The position numbers and the translations under genes were made by a program. Of a stretch of DNA of 64,000 nt, positions 27,484 through 34,288 are shown piece by piece (within the stretch, counting starts at the first letter, position 1; the number at the start of each line of letters is the position of its first letter). This DNA comes from Alphaproteobacteria bacterium (GTDB lineage Bacteria; Pseudomonadota; Alphaproteobacteria; Rhizobiales; Xanthobacteraceae). The notes under the pieces were generated by a model that was not told the DNA's origin, searched no databases, and saw nothing but the letters and a program-made list of their open reading frames with translations. The DNA is taken from assembly GCA_034669045.1 (NCBI GenBank), contig JAXDOD010000102.1, forward strand, positions 12,192 to 76,191, read 5' to 3'.

Positions 27484-28385
27484 GTAGGACTTCCCTGCAA
27501 TTCAAAGAGTTGTTCGAGACAGGTCTCAAGAGATTTCCGCCACATTGGCAGGCGTATCGCGAACACGCGGTCGAGCTTCGAACAATCGAGCCGTGAATTT
27601 TGGGGTCGGCGCGCCCGGGTAGGATATTCACTCGTTGAAATGGCATGCACGCGACAGGCTCGCCCGCGTTTTGCCGCCGACCACTCCATGATGGCGCTCG
27701 CGAAGCGGCACCACGTGGTCTCGCCCGATCCGGTCGCGTGATAGGTTCCGCACAGCGTCGAGCGGTCCGCCTTCTCGATCAACCTGTCGCCGACCGCCGC
27801 AATGGCAACAGCAAGATCGGCGGCAAACGTGGGAGCCCCCCATTGATCATCGACGACTTTGACCTCGTCGCGCTCGGCCGCCAGGCGCAACATCGTCTTG
27901 ACGAAGTTGTGGCCGTCCGGGCTGCACACCCAGCTCGTGCGCACGATCACATGATCGTTCGTTTCGGCGGCGACGGCCATTTCGCCGGCCAGCTTCGAAT
28001 GCCCGTAGACGCCAAGCGGCCCCGGCTCATCCGTTTCGACATAGGGCGAGGTCTTGGCGCCGTCGAAGACGTAGTCGGTCGAAATATGGATCAATGGGGC
28101 GGCCGCGGCGCGGGCCGCCGCAGCAACATGGCGCGCCCCGTCACGGTTGACCAGGAACGCCTGATCGGCATCGTCTTCCGCCTTGTCGACGGCCGTATAG
28201 GCCGCCGCGTTGATGACGAGGTCGGGATGGAATTGGGAAACCGCGGCCAGGACGGAATTTCGATCGGTGATGTCGACTTTTGAGCGGCCGGCGGCGGCGA
28301 CAACGGTTCCCCGCGCGCTATAGGTGCGGGCCAGCGCTTGGGCGACCTGCCCATTTTCTCCAATGATCAAGACTCGAGGCGTCAT
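27480..28385 (-). CDS. rmlD: dTDP-4-dehydrorhamnose reductase
   Basis: [18 protein letters not shown]..., [24 protein letters not shown] and YGHSKLAGE. The ATG at 28385 lies 4 nt after the rmlB stop. The longer track ORF (to 28571) runs antisense-free but inside rmlB. Confidence 0.9.
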   Translation of the reverse strand: MTPRVLIIGENGQVAQALARTYSARGTVVAAAGRSKVDITDRNSVLAAVSQFHPDLVINAAAYTAVDKAEDDADQAFLVNRDGARHVAAAARAAAAPLIHISTDYVFDGAKTSPYVETDEPGPLGVYGHSKLAGEMAVAAETNDHVIVRTSWVCSPDGHNFVKTMLRLAAERDEVKVVDDQWGAPTFAADLAVAIAAVGDRLIEKADRSTLCGTYHATGSGETTWCRFASAIMEWSAAKRGRACRVHAISTSEYPTRARRPQNSRLDCSKLDRVFAIRLPMWRKSLETCLEQLFELQGSPT

Positions 28386-28389
28386 TTTG

Positions 28390-29442
28390 TCAGACGTTGA
28401 TGAGGCCGAGGCGATCGCCGCTGTAGACGCTCTCGCGCAATGGTTGCCACCATGCCCGGTTCTCGAAATACCAGAGGACGGTCCTGCCCAGGCCAGTCTC
28501 GAAAGACTCCTGCGCGCTCCAGCCAAGTTCCCGTTCGATCTTGGAAGGATCGATCGCATAACGGCGATCATGACCAGGACGATCCGGCACGAACGTGATC
28601 AGCTCGCGGCGGCGGCCGGCACGCGGCACGAGTTCGTCCACCAGATCGCAGATCGTTTGCACGACCTCAAGATTGGTGCGTTCGCTGGAACCACCGACGT
28701 TGTATTTGTGCCCAATGCGGCCCTTGGTCAGGATGACCGCCAACGCCCGAACGTGGTCGTCGACATAGAGCCAGTCGCGGATATGTTGTCCATCGCCGTA
28801 GACCGGAAGCGCCTTTCCTTCGAGCGCGTTCAGAATGACCAGCGGAACAAGCTTTTCCGGAAAATGATAGGGCCCATAATTGTTGGAACAGTTGGAAATG
28901 ATTGTCGGCAGCCCGTAGGTCTCATACCAGGCGCTGACCAGATGATCGCTCGCAGCCTTGCTGGCGGAATAGGGAGATCTCGGACTATACGGCATCTCCT
29001 CATTGAACTGGCCCGTCGGTCCAAGCGACCCGTAGACCTCGTCGGTCGAAATATGAAGAAACTTGAATCGCTCGCGCGATGGGGGCGACAGGCGCGACCA
29101 ATATCCGCGAGCCGCCTCCAGCATCGTATGCGTGCCGAGCACGTTGGTCCGGACGAAGTCATCAGAGCCGCTGATCGAGCGATCGACATGGCTCTCGGCC
29201 GCAAGGTGCATGACCGCATCCGGGGCAAAGTCACGGAAGAGCGCGTCGAGAGCTGCTCGATCGCAGACGTCGGCGCGGGCGAAACGGTAATTCGCACTGT
29301 CCTTAAGGGAGTCGAGCGAGCGAAGATTCGCTGCGTAGGTCAGCTTGTCGACATTCAGGACCGTCCAGTACTCGGTCTGTACGAGATATCTGCAGACGGC
29401 TGATCCGATAAAGCCGGCTCCTCCCGTGACTAGGACGCGCAT
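28390..29442 (-). CDS. rmlB: dTDP-glucose 4,6-dehydratase
   Basis: [37 protein letters not shown] and [11 protein letters not shown]. Confidence 0.95.
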   Translation of the reverse strand: MRVLVTGGAGFIGSAVCRYLVQTEYWTVLNVDKLTYAANLRSLDSLKDSANYRFARADVCDRAALDALFRDFAPDAVMHLAAESHVDRSISGSDDFVRTNVLGTHTMLEAARGYWSRLSPPSRERFKFLHISTDEVYGSLGPTGQFNEEMPYSPRSPYSASKAASDHLVSAWYETYGLPTIISNCSNNYGPYHFPEKLVPLVILNALEGKALPVYGDGQHIRDWLYVDDHVRALAVILTKGRIGHKYNVGGSSERTNLEVVQTICDLVDELVPRAGRRRELITFVPDRPGHDRRYAIDPSKIERELGWSAQESFETGLGRTVLWYFENRAWWQPLRESVYSGDRLGLINV

Positions 29443-29462
29443 CTCTCAATCCAGGAATTGCT

Positions 29463-30023
29463 TCATTCGAAATAGACGCGAAGGTCTCGGAGTCTGGGCT
29501 GCGCTTTGTCTTTCTCCGATAATTGTGACGTCATCCCTGCCAGCGGCCACCTGATCCCGAGCTCCGGGTCGTTCCACAGAAGACCGAGATCGTTCTCGCG
29601 CGAGTAGTAATTGCTGACTTTGTACAAGACCTCCGTATCAGGTTCAAGGGTGCAGAACCCATGGGCGAAACCCAGAGGAATCAACAGTTGATGCCCGTTC
29701 TCCGCTGACAAATCCGCCGCGACGTGACGCCCGAACGAAGGCGAGGACCGGCGAATGTCGAGCGCGACGTCGAAGATCCGCCCGCGAACCACGCGCACAA
29801 GCTTGTCCTGGGCAAAGGGAGGCGACTGGAAATGCAGCCCCCTGACCGTGCCGACTTCGTTCGAAAGCGAATGATTTTCCTGGATGAAGGTCAAAAAGAT
29901 GCCGGCCGCTTCGAACTCGCTTTTCCGGTAGGTCTCGGAAAAAAATCCACGATTGTCGCGGACTCTCGACGGCTTGATGAGCTTGACAGACGGAATTTCC
30001 AGCGAATCAATTTGGATCGGCAT
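29463..30023 (-). CDS. rmlC: dTDP-4-dehydrorhamnose 3,5-epimerase
   Basis: [37 protein letters not shown] and GFAHGF. Confidence 0.95.
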   Translation of the reverse strand: MPIQIDSLEIPSVKLIKPSRVRDNRGFFSETYRKSEFEAAGIFLTFIQENHSLSNEVGTVRGLHFQSPPFAQDKLVRVVRGRIFDVALDIRRSSPSFGRHVAADLSAENGHQLLIPLGFAHGFCTLEPDTEVLYKVSNYYSRENDLGLLWNDPELGIRWPLAGMTSQLSEKDKAQPRLRDLRVYFE

Positions 30024-30065
30024 GTTGTGCGCTCATTCTCGGATTCCGCCCGGTGCCCAGATCAT

Positions 30066-30093
30066 TAATTCCAAGAGGCAATAATTCCAAGAG
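30066..30093. promoter_or_regulatory. Two perfect 12-bp direct repeats TAATTCCAAGAG, spaced 16 bp start to start (candidate regulator binding sites)
   Basis: Copies at 30066-30077 and 30082-30093, in an AT-rich patch of the divergent promoter region. Confidence 0.25.
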
Positions 30094-30115
30094 TATAGAC
30101 TTGTCACGCCTCCGG

Positions 30116-30131
30116 CGTGCAATATTGCACG
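30116..30131. promoter_or_regulatory. Perfect 16-bp palindrome CGTGCAATATTGCACG in the rmlC / sulfotransferase divergent intergenic region (candidate operator)
   Basis: Read directly from the sequence. The reverse complement is identical. It is centred about 210 nt upstream of the GTG at 30337. Confidence 0.3.
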
Positions 30132-30336
30132 TCAAAAGCATGATTGGAGGCTGTGAACTGCCCTCCGGCAGCACCGGCTGTCGCGGCCGTTTTCCACAGA
30201 GCGGGACGGGACTGGCGTTCGGCGCCGCGATCGACCGCAACCTGGGCGGAAGCTCTCTATGCTGGCACACTGGCCCTGCCCCGTCAGGTTCTCAACTGTA
30301 ATGCCCCCAATTTAATCGTTTGGAAGGGAAGACGAA

Positions 30337-33300
30337 GTGGCCGCGAAGCCAAAAATAGGCGCAGGGTTCAAGGCGAGACCGAAGGCGGCCCCCCGGGCCG
30401 GGTCGCGGACCTGCGTCATCGTCGCCGGCATGCATCGATCCGGCACATCCGCCGTCGCACGGGTCGTGAACCTCCTGGGCGCCGATATCGCGCGCGACCT
30501 GTGGCCTGCATCTCCCGGCGACAATGACCTGGGTTTCTGGGAGGCGACCAGGGTCATCGAGATTCACGAAGCGCTGCTGGCCGCGATCGGCAGCAGCTAC
30601 GACGATCCACTGCCGCTCTCCCGCAACTGGATCAAGACCACCGCGGCCCGCAAAGCCAAGCGCCAGATCGCCGATCACATCGAACAGGAATTCCGCACCA
30701 GCCGCGCGTTCGTCGTGAAGGATCCGCGCATCACCCGACTGCTGCCCTTGTGGCTCGAAGTCCTGGACGGTCTCAACATCGAGGCGAAAATCGTCATCCC
30801 CTTGCGCAACCCTCTCGAGGTCGCCGAATCGCTGCGCAGGCGAAATGCCTTCGCCCACGACAAGTCGCTGCTGATGTATGCCGACGCCAACCTGGCCACC
30901 GAGTTTGCAAGCCGCGGCCGTGATCGAATCTTCGTTTCATACAAAGCGCTCCTGACCGACTGGCGGCCGTTTGCCGGCAAGCTCATGACGATTGTCGGCC
31001 TGCGGCCGCGCCGGAACCATGAGACTGCGATCAAGGCATTCCTGACCAACGACCTGCATCGCAACCGGTATACGCACGACGACCTTGCCCGCCTGACGGG
31101 CGTGGGACGCATGGCGGTCGAGATTTTTGATCGTATGACCGAGGCTGCTCGCTCGGGCGAGAAACCCGCGCTGCAAGAGTCATTCGATGCCCTGCGTTCG
31201 ACGCTGATGGAAGGTTCGACGCTGTTCAAAGGCCTGATGCACGCGGACACCAAAAAGGCCCGGGACATGGAAACCGACCTTCGCGCCGAAATCGGAAGGC
31301 TGGTCGTCGACCGTGACGCGCAACGCACCCAGTTCGAAGCTGCGAGAGCCGAAGCCGCCGCCGCCCGAACAGGACACGAGACCCTCGCGAAGGACCGTGA
31401 CGCGTTCCTCGCCGAACGCGCGACCATCCTCAAGGAGCGCGAGGCCTTCATCAAGGAACGCGACTTCATCCTCAAGGAGCGCGATGCGTTCCTGGCCGAG
31501 CGCGACGCCTTGATCAAGCAACATCAGGCGGTCGAACGCGCCCACGAAGCCCTGACCAAGGAGCGCGGCGCTTTTCTCAAGGAGCGCAGCGTTCTCTTGA
31601 AGCAACAAGACGCGTTCCTCGCCGAACGCAGCACGATGTTGCAGGACCACAAAACATTTCTGACCGAGCGGGACGCCATCCTCAAGGAGCGGGATGCCGT
31701 GCTCAAAGAGTACGATACCTTCGCACGAGCTCACGCCGGCTTTGTCACCGAGCGCAAGACGCTGTTCAAGGAGCGGGATGCGCTTCTGGCAGAGCGCGAT
31801 GTCATTCTCGAAGAACACAAGGCCTTTCGCGCCGAGCGCACATCGATGCTCAAGGAGCACGACAAGTTCCTTGCCGAGCGCGACGCCATCCTCAAGGAAC
31901 GCGATGCCGTGATGGCCGAGCGCGACGTGTTCCTAAACGAGCGCAAGACGCTGTTCAAGGAACGGGACGCGCTTGTGGCCGAGCGCGACGTCGTCCTTGA
32001 TGAACACAAGGCGTTCCGCGCCGAGCGTGACTCGATGCTCAAGGAGCATGACAAGTTCCTGGCCGAGCGCGACGTCATTCTCGAAGAACACAGGGCGTTC
32101 CTCGCCGAGCGCAACTCCATGCTGAAGGAGCACGACAAATTCCTCGCCGAGCGCGAGGCCATCCTCAAAGAACGCAATGCCGTCATGGCCGAGCGCGACG
32201 TGTTCCAATCGGAGCGCAAGACGCTGTTCAAGGAGCGGGGTGCGCTTCTGGCCGAGCGCGATGTCATTCTCGAAGAACACAAGGCGTTCCTCGCCGAGCG
32301 CAGCTCGATGCTGAAGGAGCACGACAAGTTCCTCGCCGAGCGCGACGCCATCCTCAAGGAACGCAATGCCGTCATGGCCGAGCACGACGTGTTCCAATCG
32401 GAGCGCAAGACGCTGTTCAAGGAACGGGACGCGCTTGTGGCGGAGCGCGATGTCATTCTCGAAGAACACAAGGCGTTTCTCGCCGAGCGCAGCTCGATGC
32501 TCAAGGAGCACGACAAGTTCCTCGCCGAGCGCGACGCCATCCTCAAGGAACGGGATGCCTTCATCGCCGAGCGCGATGTTTTCATGAACGAACGCAAGAC
32601 GCTCTTCGAGGAGCGCGATGCCGTGCTCGGGCAGCACACGGCATTTCTGGTCGAGCGTGATGCAATCCTGAAAGAGCACGCCACCTTCTCCGCCGAGCGC
32701 GACGCCATCCTCAAGGAACGGGACGCCTTCCTGGCCGAGCGCCACGTCATTCTCAACGAGCGCAAGACCTTTCTCACCGAGCGCGACTCGATGTTCCAGG
32801 AGCATGACAGGTTCCGCGCCGAGCGCGACGGCATCCTCAAGGAGCGCGATGCCTTCTTGGCCGAGCGGGGGGTCTTCCAATCCGAGCGCAAGACGCTCTT
32901 CAAGGAAAGGGACGCGATTCTGGCGGAGCGCCATCACATTCTCGGCGAACACAAGACCTTCCTCGCCGAGCGCGATTGCATGCTGAAGGAGCACGACAAG
33001 TTTCTCTCCGAGCGGGACGCCATCCTCAGGGAACGCGATGCCTTGATCAAGCAATACGAGGCAGCCGGACAGGCGCGCGCCAGCCTCGTCGAGGAACGCA
33101 AGGTCCTCCTTGAGGAGCGCAAGACCCTGTTCAAAGAACGCGACGTCGCTCTCGCCGAGCGACAAGCGGTCCTCAAGCAATACAGCGATCAACGGGCAGA
33201 ATATGATGTCTTGCGAGAGACGCATCAGCTCATTGTCGCTGAGCGCGACACGCTTCAAAAGATGCAGCAGCTACTGATGGAGGCGCGGGCGGAACTTGAA

Positions 33301-33516
33301 AGCACGGCTGCAGCTTTGCGAGCGGAACAAGAAACCCTCGCGGCGGAAAGAAATCGGCTTCTGGACGAACGCGCGGTCTTGCATGCAGATGTTGAAGGGC
33401 TGCGCAAGGAGCGCAATGATCTCGAAGCCGAGCGCGATGCTCTGGTCCACGAGCGCGAAGAACGCCGCGGCTGGCCGATGACAGGCCTTCGCCGCAAGTT
33501 CGGGCGCGCTCAATGA
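30337..33516 (+). CDS. Sulfotransferase-domain protein fused to a 686-residue heptad-repeat helical rod (candidate glycan chain terminator / molecular ruler)
   Basis: N-terminal roughly 300 aa: VIVAGMHRSGTSAVARV (PAPS 5-prime phosphosulfate loop), VVKDPR and PLRNPLEVAESL (3-prime phosphate region). Residues 356-1041 form 98 consecutive heptads of consensus x-[FILVM]-[LFIM]-x-E-[RH]-[DKN]. The GTG start at 30337 is preceded by GGAAGGGAAG. Confidence 0.85.
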   Translation: MAAKPKIGAGFKARPKAAPRAGSRTCVIVAGMHRSGTSAVARVVNLLGADIARDLWPASPGDNDLGFWEATRVIEIHEALLAAIGSSYDDPLPLSRNWIKTTAARKAKRQIADHIEQEFRTSRAFVVKDPRITRLLPLWLEVLDGLNIEAKIVIPLRNPLEVAESLRRRNAFAHDKSLLMYADANLATEFASRGRDRIFVSYKALLTDWRPFAGKLMTIVGLRPRRNHETAIKAFLTNDLHRNRYTHDDLARLTGVGRMAVEIFDRMTEAARSGEKPALQESFDALRSTLMEGSTLFKGLMHADTKKARDMETDLRAEIGRLVVDRDAQRTQFEAARAEAAAARTGHETLAKDRDAFLAERATILKEREAFIKERDFILKERDAFLAERDALIKQHQAVERAHEALTKERGAFLKERSVLLKQQDAFLAERSTMLQDHKTFLTERDAILKERDAVLKEYDTFARAHAGFVTERKTLFKERDALLAERDVILEEHKAFRAERTSMLKEHDKFLAERDAILKERDAVMAERDVFLNERKTLFKERDALVAERDVVLDEHKAFRAERDSMLKEHDKFLAERDVILEEHRAFLAERNSMLKEHDKFLAEREAILKERNAVMAERDVFQSERKTLFKERGALLAERDVILEEHKAFLAERSSMLKEHDKFLAERDAILKERNAVMAEHDVFQSERKTLFKERDALVAERDVILEEHKAFLAERSSMLKEHDKFLAERDAILKERDAFIAERDVFMNERKTLFEERDAVLGQHTAFLVERDAILKEHATFSAERDAILKERDAFLAERHVILNERKTFLTERDSMFQEHDRFRAERDGILKERDAFLAERGVFQSERKTLFKERDAILAERHHILGEHKTFLAERDCMLKEHDKFLSERDAILRERDALIKQYEAAGQARASLVEERKVLLEERKTLFKERDVALAERQAVLKQYSDQRAEYDVLRETHQLIVAERDTLQKMQQLLMEARAELESTAAALRAEQETLAAERNRLLDERAVLHADVEGLRKERNDLEAERDALVHEREERRGWPMTGLRRKFGRAQ
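31402..33459 (+). repeat. Coding tandem array: 98 consecutive 21-nt (heptad) units with no register break
   Basis: I parsed the translation by hand. 355 N-terminal residues + 686 + an 18-residue tail = 1059 aa, which is consistent with the nt coordinates. Confidence 0.85.
31859..33181 (+). repeat. Higher-order 189-nt (9-heptad, 63-aa) repeats within the heptad array
   Basis: The anchor string (A/C)(C/T)GACAA(G/A)TT, encoding (E)HDKF, starts at 31859, 32048, 32132, 32321 and 32510. The related ATGACAGGTT starts at 32804, and ACGACAAG starts at 32993. Spacings are 189, 84, 189, 189, 294 and 189 nt. Copies 32132-32320 and 32321-32509 differ at roughly a dozen positions by manual alignment. Confidence 0.8.
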
Positions 33517-33631
33517 ACGGATGATTGTTGGCGGGAGCCGATTGCTTGCGCTGCAAAAAGCGGATTATAACCCATGTAAGTTCATCCTAGCTATTTCTTC
33601 CACGACGCCGGGACCACTCACACGATCAGCA

Positions 33632-34144
33632 ATGATGCCGCGCAAACACGATCCCAGCTTGAACTTGATGTCGGTGTCGGCACGAACGATCTCGGGGGAT
33701 GGACCATCGCCCAATCCCGGCAATCTGGCAAAGCCTGCCGGCAAACCGCCGACCGACACGCGATCTCACCTGTCGGCAGGCGGCCTGATGGTTGCGGCCG
33801 ATTTGCTCGCCACCTCGGCCGATCTGGGCCCGCAGGCGGACCCCGGTTCCGCACGGACAGCCGAGCACGAGGCGCTTCAGGCGCAAAAGGACAGGATCGA
33901 GCAGGACCTTCATGCAACACGACAGAAGCTTGCTGAGCTCACGCTCGAACACGAGACCCTGCTTCGAGTTTTCCGACAGCAGATAACGACGACGGCACGG
34001 ACGGTTCGCGAATTGACCAACGAGCGCAACGTCCTTCAGCACCATCTCGAAAACATTTTCAAATCGCCTTCGTGGCGGCTGACGGCACCTCTGCGGCTGG
34101 CCAAGGCCCAATTCAAACGCCTATGGGGATCTCAAGGCCGATGA
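33632..34144 (+). CDS. Hypothetical coiled-coil protein with conserved C-terminal SPSWRLTAPLR motif
   Basis: Low-complexity N-terminus, a coiled coil of roughly 70 aa (EHEALQAQKDRIEQDLHATRQKLAELTLEHETLL...), then FKSPSWRLTAPLRLAK. The start is uncertain (ATG at 33521 or 33632). Confidence 0.5.
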   Translation: MMPRKHDPSLNLMSVSARTISGDGPSPNPGNLAKPAGKPPTDTRSHLSAGGLMVAADLLATSADLGPQADPGSARTAEHEALQAQKDRIEQDLHATRQKLAELTLEHETLLRVFRQQITTTARTVRELTNERNVLQHHLENIFKSPSWRLTAPLRLAKAQFKRLWGSQGR

Positions 34145-34288
34145 CGATACTATCGATGCAAGATCGGGCGCTGGTCATTCCCCCGCAACACCGTCCCTTC
34201 TGCTCCAAAACGTCAAGGCGATATGCAAATTCAAAGGGTTCGACAACCAAACAGACCTTAACCGCCGCGATATCATCCTTCAAACAAG

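Noticed and set aside
30675-33258. Long minus-strand ORFs across the repeat region (30675-31517, 31180-31860, 31731-32903, 31933-33258). Their Ser/Arg-rich or Leu/Glu-rich repetitive translations superficially look like repeat proteins.
   Set aside because: They are antisense or frame-shifted shadows of the 21-nt periodic coding repeat. Their periodicity is inherited from the + strand gene. They lack start context and overlap one another. Only the + frame is continuous with a recognisable enzymatic domain.
31402-33459. Whether the tandem repeat array could be a CRISPR array or a non-coding satellite.
   Set aside because: The unit length is 21 nt with no unique spacers. The array lies in frame inside a 3180-nt ORF and conserves amino-acid pattern rather than nucleotide identity. 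No cas genes are present.
30337-33516. Whether the rod protein could be a phage tape-measure, SMC-like or cytoskeletal protein, marking a prophage or defence island.
   Set aside because: There are no phage, recombinase, nuclease, ATPase-hinge or toxin genes anywhere in the window. The N-terminal domain is sulfotransferase-like, and every neighbour is a glycan-biosynthesis gene.
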